This document shows, in pieces, positions 41,088 to 53,762 of a stretch of 64,000 bases of DNA. Numbering within the stretch: position 1 is the stretch's first letter; the number at the start of each line of letters is the position of its first letter. The notes under the pieces were generated by a model. It was not told the origin of the DNA. It made no database searches and saw only the letters and a list, made by a program, of their open reading frames with translations. This DNA comes from Octopus vulgaris (taxonomy: Eukaryota): contig OX597819.1 in the NCBI GenBank assembly GCA_951406725.2, positions 76,012,001 to 76,076,000 of the forward strand, given 5' to 3'. The position numbers were made by a program, and so were the translations under genes.

Positions 41088-41407
41088 ATTAACTGTTGAA
41101 GTGGACGGACGTCTATTTGTTTCTCTCCCAAGTCAGTAGCAAGCTACACAGCTTCAAAACTAACTGACCTGAAATATATATATATTTGTAACCACGTGTT
41201 TGCCTACAAACCCGTAAGTACGTTTTCATTTAACTACAAATTGTTATATACACCTGTTTTTCTTTTAATATCCTCAAACAACCAAATAATCAAAAACTCA
41301 CACCCTTAAGAGAGAACATTTATATATATATACACTTCTTTAACTCCCAAGAAAGAATATATATATTTTCAAAAATCAAAAGGAAAACAAACAAAAGAAA
41401 AACAAAC

Positions 41408-42637
41408 ATGACTAACTTGCAGGCCTGCAACAGACGAAATTGGTCTGATAACGAAATTGATGTTTTAATAAACACATGGTTCTCTCTTTCCCAAACAGAA
41501 AATCTAAATGTTTTGTGTTTGAATGAGATTGCCGAAAAAACATCACAAGTGGTCAACACACGATCCGTCAAACAGATTCGTAGCAAGCTGAAACATATCG
41601 AAGTATCTTTCAAACTGACAAAAGGCCATTATGAAAAGCTTCTTCATATTTTCACAGTTCAAGAACAGCAACAGCTAGAAAATCAGCAGCCACAACAACA
41701 ACAACAACAGAATGAGCCACTCCTGGTTCCCAGCACAATAGCTGACCCTAACATCGGTCAAGCAAAACAACAACAACAACAGCCACAGCAACAAGAACAA
41801 CAACAGCCACTCCTCAACTCTAGCTTACTAGATGATTCACTAAATGCCAGTATCTTTTCACCGCTCTCACAGCAACCACCACAATTATCATCATCATCAT
41901 CACCACCGCTGCCACCATCGTCTTCTATCACCAAAAATACCAACAGAAAACCAAATAAGAAACCACTGCCCTCTTCCCCCACATCACCACCTCAATACTA
42001 CTGCAGTAACAAAAACTTAAAGAAACATAGGAAGCAGAATGCGCCCCCCACGGCACAAACAAGAAATCCCCAAATATGCCGCTATTCACTGCGCCAGAGA
42101 CTCTGCACAAATAGTGACTGCATCTTCACGCATCTACCCGGCACTAGACGCACTACCGGCCAAGGCCAAAACACGCATCCCACAATAACATCAACACCAC
42201 CAAATAGTAAATCGAAATTCAAAACACACACAACTCGGAGTCCCAAAATCTGCCGGTATTCCCAACGTGAGAGAACATGTCTGCTGAGTGACTGTCCCTT
42301 CACTCATCTTCCAGGGACCCGACGCACAAACAGAAACGGGGCTTCAAGCCAACACACAAACCTGAATAAAAATAAAAATAGAAACACACCATGCTGCAGT
42401 AATGCTGGTCCAGTCTTTTCAGGAAGACACAAAAACAACAACAACAAAAGTGGAAACTACAACCCTAGCCAACAGTGCAACCACACCTCCAGCCAAAAAC
42501 TGCTCCCTAAGCATGAAAATTCTTTTTTAGCCATGTTGAACATGGCAAAAGAGATACACAAAAACATTCTAGCCATCACTCAACACCATCCTATGCTATT
42601 ACCCCAGTGCACCAATTCCCCACATTGCTGCCACTAA
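41408..42637 (+). CDS. LINE ORF1 protein: Myb/SANT-like N-terminus, Q/P/S-rich linker, two CCCH zinc fingers
   Basis: Open 409-aa ORF with WSDNEIDVLINTW...IAEK...RSVKQIRSKLKHI, CRYSLRQRLCTNSDCIFTHLPGTRR and CRYSQRERTCLLSDCPFTHLPGTRR. Confidence 0.8.
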   Translation: MTNLQACNRRNWSDNEIDVLINTWFSLSQTENLNVLCLNEIAEKTSQVVNTRSVKQIRSKLKHIEVSFKLTKGHYEKLLHIFTVQEQQQLENQQPQQQQQQNEPLLVPSTIADPNIGQAKQQQQQPQQQEQQQPLLNSSLLDDSLNASIFSPLSQQPPQLSSSSSPPLPPSSSITKNTNRKPNKKPLPSSPTSPPQYYCSNKNLKKHRKQNAPPTAQTRNPQICRYSLRQRLCTNSDCIFTHLPGTRRTTGQGQNTHPTITSTPPNSKSKFKTHTTRSPKICRYSQRERTCLLSDCPFTHLPGTRRTNRNGASSQHTNLNKNKNRNTPCCSNAGPVFSGRHKNNNNKSGNYNPSQQCNHTSSQKLLPKHENSFLAMLNMAKEIHKNILAITQHHPMLLPQCTNSPHCCH

Positions 42638-45600
42638 CACACAAAAAATTCAAGCCCCCTGCAACAGTCAAAACCAGCCACTACACTAACCTCCACATTC
42701 CTACTCAATGCACAAGGTGTCAGCCCTTCCATCAATGCACAAAAATGGAAGGTCCAATTCATTGAAGACTGGGTTGGTAACCATTCACACCACATCCCTT
42801 TCTTCATTCTCACTGAGACCCACCTTGACAACTCCCACTTGGAAGCCGAAGTGTGAGTGAAGAATTTCACAACCATCCGCGCGGATCGTATCGGCAGGAG
42901 GAAGGGTGGAACTGCCATTTTCCTGCATGATTCATTTACGGCAGATGGAAATAGTATATTCTCCAACGGCTACTGTGAATCAGTCACCGTGCACAACAAA
43001 GCCAATGACCTGACAGTAATTGGGCTCCCTGACAGTAATAGGCCGCCCCAAACACCCATACTGTGCTTTAAAGAATGCCTCAACAGCATTAAGTGCTTTA
43101 TTCAACAGTGCCATTCTAGCAACATACTCATGATGGGAGACTTCAATCTACCCTGTGTTGACTGGACTACAAACTGTTTGAAACCACGCACTCCCGCTTC
43201 AACCGCTGACAAAGAAGCAGCAGAGTCACTTTTCGACTTTACGAATGAGTTTTTTTGTCCCAACTTGTCCTTGCACCAACAAGACATCAGAACATTTTGG
43301 ACCTAGTGTTTAGTAACCACACTAACACTATACATAACGTTACAGTGGAAAAAACCCTTCTTTCAGACCATGACATGGTTCTCTGTAACATGAAATTCCA
43401 CCAGCCGAAAGCTAATCCTAGTGACCTTCCTCCAGCCCACCCATTTGACAACATGGATCTCCATAATGCCAACTGGGATGCAATCAGGAACGAGCTATCA
43501 CATGTTGACTGGTCCTTTACACATACACACATCTCCACCAACCATAAAACATCTTGGCAGATCTTTGTAGATACCGCCACAGACATATGTGCAAAACACT
43601 CCCCACCAAGACCTGTGAACAAAAAGTGCAGAATCCCACAAAACAGAAAAACCATTATCAGAAAAATAAAAAGAACAAACAAAAAAATTAACAAACTAAA
43701 GTACTGCCAACAGCAACACACACATTCGACGGCTATCACACTGCTTGAATCCAAAAAATATAACCTCCAACAATGCATGAAGACCCTCATCAATAACCAA
43801 AGATCAGCTGAGGAGAAGTGGGCCATTGAAAAAATCAAACTCAACCCCAAAGTGTTCTTTTCATTTGCGAGGAAACGCAGGGTCACTGTCTCCACTGTAG
43901 GCTCTCTAATTGACGAAACTGGCACTCTCCAAGATAATGCCAAATCCATGGCCGAGATACTGCAGAAACAATACTGCTCTGTTTTCAGCAATCCTGATAT
44001 GGCCGATCTGGGCTGTATCAGTGATGTCAACCCCCAACACACTATATCGGACATAACGTTTAGTGCCCCTGATGTCTTAGCGGCGATAAACGAAATAAAA
44101 CACAATTCAGCAGTAGGCACCGATAGGTTCCCTGCTTGTGTCCTGAAGGTGTGTCGACACCAACTTGCATCTCCCCTTGCTAATCTATGGAGAAACTCAC
44201 TGGATGCTGGCTATATTCCAAAAAACCTTCTGTCCCAGTCTGTTGTCCCAGTTTTCAAAAAGGGAAACAAGTCCCTTGCAGTGAATTACCGTCCGATCTC
44301 ACTCACCTCTCATATCATCAAGGTATTTGAGAGGGTGGTGAGATCTCGAATAACCCAATTTCTGGAAAGCAACAGACGGCTGATCTCCAACCAACATGGG
44401 TTCCGTAATGGAAGGGACTGCCTAACGCAGCTCCTGCATCACTTTGAGGACATTTTGAGAGCTTTGGGAGAGGGCTTCAACACCGATGTCATCTACCTTG
44501 ATTTCAGTAAGGCCTTCGACAGGGTCGATCACAAGATCCTATTGAAAAAACTATCCAACATTGGTGTCTCTGGAAAGTTACTGAAATGGATCAAGTGTTT
44601 CCTGACAGACAGATCTCAACATGTTGTAGTTGAAGGGGTAAAATCAAGCCCAGCCAAAGTCAGTAGTGGCGTTCCGCAAGGCACTGTGCTGGGCCCACTT
44701 CTTTTCATCATTTACATTAATGACATTAATGACATCATCAAGCACAGCAACATAAAAATCTTTGCAAATGACTCCAAGCTACAGAAGGTCATAAATGAGG
44801 CGAGTGACCGGACATGCCTTCAGTCAGATCTACTGGCTGTTATCCAATGGGCAGAAAAAAACAATATGCTGCTGAACGAGGATAAATTTGAGCTAATCCA
44901 CTTTGGAAAAGAGGATGCCCTGAAACTCCCATACTCCCTTCCTTCAGGTGAAACTCTCGCGGCGTCCAACAACATCAGAGACTTGGGAGTAATTGTGGAC
45001 AACAACATAAGCTGGGCCACTCATATAAACACCAAAGTTGACATGGCCCGCAGAATGTGTTCCTGGATTCTCAGAACTTTCCAGTCGAGAGATATCCACA
45101 CCATTATCCTTCTCTTCTCCACTTTTGCCCGACCCCACCTTGAATACTGTTGTCCACTGTGGTCTCCCCACACAATACAAGGTATCATAAAAGTTGAAGC
45201 ACCTCAAAGGGCAATCACAAAAAAGATAGATGGCATGACAGGCCTCGACTATTGGGGTCGACTAGAAAAGCTAAAACTCTATTCTCTCCAACGTCGTCGT
45301 CAGCGCTACATCATCTGCAGGATGTGGAAAATATTCCATCAGCATTGCCCAAATGATGTTGGCATCACCTTCAAGGTACATCCAAGGCTTGGGCCCCGTG
45401 CCATCCGCCCAAAACAAAAATCGCACTCTCATCTCATAACAACAATACGGCACAATTATTTCACCTCAATTGGCCCCGCTCTCTTTAACATTACACCAAA
45501 ACACATTAAAACAGAAACTGACCCTATAGGGTTCAAGAAGTCTTTGGACAGATTCCTTCAAGAAATCCCGGATAAACCCCCTACACCCGGATATGTCTCT

Positions 45601-45648
45601 GTAAACAATAACTCTCTACTTGAGTGGGCCATAGTGCCCAAATTCTGA
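42638..45648 (+). pseudogene. LINE ORF2: apurinic endonuclease + reverse transcriptase (disrupted)
   Basis: APE motifs FLLNAQG, ILTETHL, MGDFNLP, LDLVF and SDHDMV. RT motifs NYRPISLTS, QHGFR, YLDFSKAFD, SGVPQGTVLGPLLF and IFANDSK. TGA at 42854 and a frameshift in the T-run at ~43250. Confidence 0.93.
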
Positions 45649-45737
45649 CTTGAAAGACTTCACCAGGTGGTGCTATTAAGTTAGACATGGCCTGGGCCAA
45701 TAATGGCCGAAACCTATCAAAGTATCAAAGTATCAAA

Positions 45738-45774
<37 letters not shown>

Positions 45775-46811
45775 TACACACACACGCACACACAAACACG
45801 CATATTTATATAATATCATGCAACTCATCGTTGTTAATAATTGGATACAATAAAATAAATCGTCAGAGAATAGAAAGTATATGACCAGCGACCTATTGCG
45901 AAGGTGTACAAAGTCATGAATTTGTGGGAACTACGAATTTTTGTAGTCAGTCCCTGAGTTGGTACAAGGTGTGCGGCTCTATTAAACCCTCGTGACAAAT
46001 CTGTGTAGGGTGTTAAGACATCAGAAAACTAGGAAAACAATTTTGTTGGAGCAAGATTTGAAAAAATGCGCGTAGATATAGAGAAAATGAGCCAGAGGCT
46101 TTGAATAACAGTGTTGATTAATACTATAACACATGATTAAAGAAGGAGTACATGATGTTCATTTCCAAAATCGTAGAGACTTGTTAAAGTAGAGGCACTT
46201 CGTAAAAGTTCCATAGTTGAGTTTCAGTAATTATCGACATCGATAATGTTATCCAAGATTTGCTAATTCCTAAGTTGTAGAGAAACTTTACGTATTAGAT
46301 CCATTAAAGTAACACATGTTTCAGACGAGGATTTTCTATTTAACGTCAAAATCATTGCAATGTGTTTTAAGTGCTAGACGTAATTCGATAATGCAGTGTT
46401 TTTACTTTCTCTTTCGTTGAGTTATGCCATAAGATTGAAATGACGTCAGTTGAACTTACATTACTACATGCCAGTATAATAATCACACTATAAAATATGT
46501 TCCATTTAGCAGAGCTGATTTTTGCCTGATATGTAATTGTCTTTGCGTTTCATGGCTGATCGAATGAACATGCATTATTGTTTCCGCAAGAGAAATTTGT
46601 CTCTGTTGACTTGGCTTGTGAGTGATAATATGCATCACAGATGCGGTACACATACATACATACATACATACATACATACATACATACATACATACATACA
46701 CACATTGAAACATGCATGCATGCATACATACATGCATACATTCATAGATGCAAACATACACGCGTACACACACGTCTGCATACGTAAGTGTATGTGCCTG
46801 ACTGCGTGTGA

Positions 46812-46852
<41 letters not shown>

Positions 46853-46905
46853 TGTATGTATGTATGTATGTATGTATAAATGTGTATGTGTGTGAGTGCA
46901 GAGGC

Positions 46906-46960
<55 letters not shown>

Positions 46961-47585
46961 AAGAAAGAGAAACAGAGAGATTGGCAAACAGAATGAAGGA
47001 GATATACATACTGTAAAATGCGTAAAAGTTAGCGCTAGAAATTTTGTTAATTTTTCATAATGTCAGATCTTTTAATACTTAATATACTTACAATGTATAA
47101 AGCACGATCCAATGTATAATACTAAATGGGTTGGTAAATATAACGGGAAAGGTGGTGTTCTGTTATAGATAAATAAGACGAAAATAAATAAAAGAAAACC
47201 GATCTTGACGGAGATCATTGTGTGAATAGGTGTCAATTTACATGTAAAAATCATAACAGGAGACAGAGAGGCATGGAATAAATAAATAACAACAGTAAGA
47301 GGGAAGGTGATTGCTGCAATACACATACACACACATACACATCTATATAACCACATATGGTGTATATATATATATATGCGTACGAACATTTATACATATC
47401 AATGTATATATGCATGCATATATATTTATACACACACAGGCACACTTACACACACACAAAAACACACACATATGTATATATACACTTACATAGATACGTA
47501 TGTATATACATGCATACATAGATTCTTAGATACATATACATTTGTATATACATGTATATAAATGTGTATATATAATATATATATG

Positions 47586-47628
<43 letters not shown>

Positions 47629-47651
47629 TTATAAATATATACATATATAAT

Positions 47652-47769
<118 letters not shown>

Positions 47770-48740
47770 CAATAAATAGATATAGACAAACAAACACACG
47801 CACGCACATACGTATATATAATTTGCTGATACACAAGCAGAATAAAAGAATAATAAAAAAAAAACCAACAATTTTTTAAATATAAATAGCATAGTAGAAA
47901 TGCATAGAAAACCTATGGATTTAATTGCCTACTCTCGTTACTGAAAATACATAGTTAATGACACTGTAAATATTTCACATCGTCAATTAGAGCAGACAAT
48001 ACTCACTGCTTGCTAATATATAACCAGCAATTGTTAAGCACAAATGGAAGCCTTGAAAATATTCGAGCCAGAATAAAGAACAAAAACATTCGTCAAAAAC
48101 TACCGCCAACAACTCACAAATATCATAAATGTAGATATTTGTGGATAGATAAGACGGCAATTTGGCCTGCCATGCGTATCGCTGTACAATCATAATCTGG
48201 AAATTGGAGAAGAATAGGTAAAAATCTAGGAACTTGCTTGTCAATCGTAAACACTTCCTTGCTAATTTGTGTTCATAATCTTTCTTTTCTACGCTACTTC
48301 ATACCGACAAATATCAATGCATATATGAGTATCTTATGTAATATGATACACCCAGACACAAACATACACACACATTTATCAATATTTATAGCAAATTAAT
48401 CAGAAGTTTTGGTTGTCTCTTTTCTTTATGCATTTATTTGCAGATATGTAAATTTAGAATTATCTCAAGGAAATGATAAAAATATTGCTGAAATCCTTTC
48501 ATCTTGCTATTTAAGTTTTGTTGTCTAGCACAGGAGACAAAGATTGGCACTGCAGCTAAACAATAAAGATAAATGAAATTAAGTGATACTATATCAATTC
48601 CTCAGGAAAATGAAACTTATATAGCTATATATGTAAGGGAAAAAATGGTCATATTTCTTCTGTCAATTTTTTCTATAGGTATTAATATATGTGGTGGAGG
48701 TTATTTTGGGTACCTACTCGTACACACAAACACACACGCA

Positions 48741-48787
<47 letters not shown>

Positions 48788-48794
48788 ACAGGTT

Positions 48795-49000
48795 GAGGTG
48801 CCTGGCTTAGTGGTTAGGATACTGAACTGAAGATTGTAAGATTGCGGTTTCGATCCTGGACCAGTCGACGCGTTGTATTCTTCAGCAAAACACTTCATTT
48901 TACATTTCTCAAGTTTACTCGACTGGCAAAAATGAATTATACTGCGATGGGAGGTGCTCTGTCCAGGTGGGGAATATAGAGGCACTTCAGACCCTGCTTG
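48795..49000 (+). mobile_element. tRNA-derived SINE (family B-like head)
   Basis: gaggtgcctggcttagtggttagg...ggtttcgatcctgg A/B boxes, followed by cttcagcaaaacacttcatttt as in 17600-17650 (reverse complement). Confidence 0.7.
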
Positions 49001-49403
49001 CACTTTAGGAAATTCCTTCTGGCTTCATGGGATCCACACGCCAATAGGGTCAATTACAAATAGTGATCAAAGGGAGACAATCCCTCGTTGTTGACAGTAA
49101 CGGAGACATTTACTCCTCCATTTTCTAGAGAGGTCACTTGCTAGAGATGCCATAGGCCAACGGGTTTGCGATCTGAAGAAACGCTGTAAACCTAACCGCA
49201 TTGTAGACGTGGAACCCAGGTTAACCCACAGACCGGATATATCTATATTTATCTATAGACTTTACTGCTCTATAATTTGAAACGTGCTTCTTTTTGGGAT
49301 TTATGATTTAATAACGATATATATATGTGTGTGTCTACATATATATGTATACATGCATGTATGTATGTATGTATGTATGTATGTATGTATGTATGTATGT
49401 ATG

Positions 49404-49457
<54 letters not shown>

Positions 49458-49879
49458 TACATATTAATCTATTATTCATTATGGTGGTATATATTTCACT
49501 ATCCTTTCTTAACCGATAGCTTACCTCCTTATTGATTTTCAATTTCTATTCAAGTTGTTATATTTATTATTTAACTCTTTCATTTCTATCGTTCTTTGTA
49601 TGCAAGCACGGTCAGCAGTCCATTGCTCAATCGAAGGGTTAATCTTTGGGATTTTCCATATTGGGAATACAAAAATTTTACATACACACGGATTTACATA
49701 TTTTTATTCTTTTATATTTCCACATATGCATAGGCATGTGTTTTTATGAATGTATGAATATGCATGCCTGAGTACGTGTGTATTCATGTACACACTGTTC
49801 TTGCATGCATATATATTCACAGGCAGTCTCAATTACGTGTTTATATGTATGCAGATATTTTAAAATTTCCTCATTTGTT

Positions 49880-49918
<39 letters not shown>

Positions 49919-50274
49919 TTCATAATTTAATCGCGTTACGAGCAAACCATTCGAAAAATATCCAATATGTTTCTCGTGACTTTGTAAATGCTTTAGTAAT
50001 TTGTTCTGGAACAATCCATAAAAGTATCATTATCACCAATATATAAAACCCCTTGATTTAAAACCGGTTTGATAAGGGCCAACACACATAGCCCTTGCGT
50101 TATTGAGTAATTCTGTAACTTCTGCCGATTATTAATAATACATATATGTGTGCATGTATGTGTTCGTGTGCGTATGTGTGTGTGTGTGTGTGTGCATGCA
50201 CGTATACATATATGTGTGCATGTATATATCTATATGTGTATAATTATATATATACATATGTGTATATATATATA

Positions 50275-50315
<41 letters not shown>

Positions 50316-50340
50316 ACGTATGTATATATATATATCTAAA

Positions 50341-50399
<59 letters not shown>

Positions 50400-50496
50400 C
50401 CATAGCACTTATTCTGCATTGCCTGACACCTTTAGGTCTCACTGACACCATTACCTCTCACAAACTCTCTCTCTTTCTCTCTCCCCCTCTCTCTCT

Positions 50497-50562
<66 letters not shown>

Positions 50563-50566
<4 letters not shown>

Positions 50567-50720
50567 GAAATTTATTAAAAAACAAAAGACGAAAACAGGT
50601 GTCTAAATAACAAGTAAGTGTATCAGTTTGACCCTCAGGAAAAATGAAAAAAAGTCTTTTACGTTTCGATCCTACGCTCTTTAATTGAAGGGAATAAAAG
50701 GAAATAAACAGAATGAAAAA
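50563..50720 (-). mobile_element. PLE terminal fragment with decayed hammerhead
   Basis: Minus strand ...agagc-gtag-gatc GAAACGTA aaagac, with the 5' core decayed. Abuts (TA)n. Confidence 0.4.
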
Positions 50721-51633
50721 GTATATGTTGAATTCAGCGGTTCAGCCTATATGCATTTTCTTTTATGAGTGTGCTAGAATGTCTATGAGTCAAAGAGTCA
50801 AATAAGTTTATGGCAGACTGGTAGACTTTATCAATCTCATTTTCTCCTACTTTTATTTTGCCATAGCAAAGTCCATTGCAGGCGATTTACTCTGTCTAGG
50901 CGTCTCATGAGATATAACTTTAGATTTTGCTGCGCTACGTCTTGCTGTGTTACATCTTCCTGCTTCACGGCCCAGATATGTGGGGATTTTGGGGGCGGGG
51001 ACGTCTTTCGTCGTTAACCACACACGCTAAAGATACTGCCCTTTGGCCAAAAGAATAAGTCCTAAAAAGAAACACATATGTATTGCAAAGCTACTATCCC
51101 ATATTTGTGGTAGTTAGAATCTGTATTCCGTTTGTTATCAACATCATTTTTCTATATTCTACATCATCCGCTGACCCTGACCTTGTGTCAAAATTTGAAA
51201 CCAATATTTCATATCATCCAATTTCTTTCGACTTGTAGATAAAAAAAATAACATTTCTTCTTTGAACATACAAACAGAGTGATTCAAAGACGAAAATTCT
51301 TAATGCTCAACCAACAAAGATAAGAAATAAAAAATCAAAAAAAAAAAAAGGGATCGTAACAGTAATTTAAATGTCAGAACGATTGCTACATATTGATTCC
51401 AATATTATAATTAAGCTAACACAAAATGCCTGCCTTCTCAATTTGTAACGTAATCTTACAAATATAAAACATATCTAAGTCTATCGCATCACTATGGGAA
51501 CGCCATAAATCACGTCTTAATTCGTCTGTTTGAAATTTAAATGTTACCAAGTTTCGCGATTCAATTGCATGTCAAAAATACGCTTTGCGAATCAGGCTTA
51601 TCCTTTCGTTTTATTTATACATACACGAAGGCT

Positions 51634-51673
<40 letters not shown>

Positions 51674-51800
51674 TATACATGTGTGCGTTCTTGCATATTA
51701 CGTTCTTATTTATATTCATGTACTTATACATATGAATATACATGCAAAACATGTGCATATATGTATACATATTGCTGCATATATTCTAACATGCATGCGC

Positions 51801-51848
<48 letters not shown>

Positions 51849-51857
51849 GTGTGTGTA

Positions 51858-51896
<39 letters not shown>

Positions 51897-52379
51897 CAAG
51901 CACAAATATCAGAAATATTGCAGATCAAATAATTTATATCAATGATTTTATTTTATTTTTTGTAAGCAACATAAACCGATTATATATTTACAAATACACA
52001 GAGCTACTACCAATAAGTATAGAGTTACACATATATCAGAAAAACGTGTGTGTGCGTGGCGGGGGTGGATGGGTGGGTGATATTTAGAAATAGTAGTCAT
52101 ATCTCCGTCATATAAAATCTTACGGTCTTTCAGATACATGAAATACCTATTGGATAATATATTGCTAGAAACTATTAAAAATACGGGATGTTCACCGCTT
52201 GAATGCCTTTGATCGTAAGTCTAATCGTTGAGATATAATTTGGGTTTAAACGTTAACGGCAGAAACAACAATACGGAGTGGAACGATCTCAGGTGGAAGC
52301 CTTGTTATATAAATGTTATTAATGAGCACAAAAATACAAGGGAGGAATTAGTTTTAGCGCTTATAAAAAGGGGGAGGAA

Positions 52380-52415
52380 TCTTGACGCTTCAGACACTTG
52401 TCTTTCATCAGAAGA
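52380..52415 (-). ncRNA. Minimal PLE-type hammerhead ribozyme
   Basis: Minus strand reads tctt CTGATGA a agac-aagt-gtct GAAGC GTC aaga. Stem I is tctt/aaga, stem II is agac/gtct, and there is one core substitution (GAAG). Confidence 0.65.
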
Positions 52416-53589
52416 AGAATAGAAAAGAGAAAGTAAAAGAATGAGAAATGATAGAAATGCAATTCTATGGGGCACGACATTGTAATACTGCATATTATAT
52501 TACACTACATTACACTTAAATGTATTATATTATACTAAATTATACTTAAATATTTTATATTACACTACAGTATACTTATATAAAAATACTGAATCTTGGA
52601 GTCAACAAAAGAGTCACAAATTGTTTGCTCTACTTGCTGAAATAGTAGTCAGTTATACCGTTTGAGAAAGGAAATAGTATACTGAATAGTTTAATCCAAG
52701 CTGCATTGCTTCAATTAGAAACTATATAGTCAGAACTAGAATGGTTTTGATCAAAGTTAATTTACAGTTTAGCGTAAAATATTAAGGGATTATATGAGAC
52801 AATATATCTAGGACTACACTACCGAGTGTATACTTGCGATTTTAGCGGTGTGTCTACCCTTAATAAGTAAACCTATGATCAGGAAGAAACAAGAAAGGCC
52901 AATAATGCTAGTTATCTTAGGGCAGCACAGGAGAGCAATGGTAGGTAAATAGCGAACTGAAAATATTGTATTTTTGGGTGGTGGGGTTTATATTTCAAAA
53001 TTATATATAATTTAAAATTTCATAGCTGTAAATTCTAATTTTATTAATTCGTCTGCTGGGAAGAGTAATAAATAATGACAGTTTGTGACCTTATTATTAT
53101 TGTGAGGTAGGACAACTGTTTCAATTCCACATTCTTTCTCTTCAAAAGTAGCTGTTAGTTATTTTGTCTTGAAATCAATATTCAATATTTGTATCGTTTC
53201 TACAATATAGTTGCAGCGATGCTAGTTAGTACCAACTGCAACGCTAATTCAATTTTAGTAAAAGAAGTTGTACGACATAATTTGAAGAATACAGACGCTA
53301 AAGCATAATGAAATACACAAAGAATCTAAATAAACAGAACTAAAAAGCTGAGTAGTCGATAAATCTTCCTTATACGGTGCCTAACATCACATACACCAAT
53401 ATATATACATATATGCATCTGTGCGTATGGAGACACATACTCATTTATATTGCATATAGTATATCTATGAAATATTTATCTGTATAATATATATATATTT
53501 TAATATTTATGCATTTATCTATCTATATTTCTTTCATGATATAAACAATATAAATACAATGTGTTTATACATACGTGTATGTATATAAA

Positions 53590-53702
53590 GTTAATCCAAA
53601 CATGAAAACACAAAGAGAAAACACAACAACGCGAGGACGTGGAACAAGTATAGTATTATTGGACGCTCAGAAAAGAAGGAGGGTTTAACGTTTCGAACGG
53701 AG

Positions 53703-53707
<5 letters not shown>
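53590..53707 (-). mobile_element. PLE terminal fragment truncated inside its hammerhead
   Basis: Minus strand gagc-tcc-gttc GAAACGTT aaaccc begins directly after (TA)n. Confidence 0.45.

Positions 53708-53762
<55 letters not shown>

Larger units (their letters stand above)
41086..45740 (+). mobile_element. Near full-length CR1/L2-group LINE inserted in (TA)n
   Basis: 5' UTR, ORF1, APE-RT ORF2 and a short 3' UTR ending in the octamer repeat (tatcaaag)x3. Flanked by TA arrays. Confidence 0.93.

Noticed and set aside
43287-44120. 277-aa antisense ORF
   Set aside because: Shadow of LINE ORF2 codon structure with no independent motifs.
45687-45716. ggcc-aataat-ggcc-GAAAC in the LINE 3' UTR resembling half a hammerhead
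   Set aside because: No CUGANGA upstream. It is better explained as the LINE 3' recognition stem-loop.
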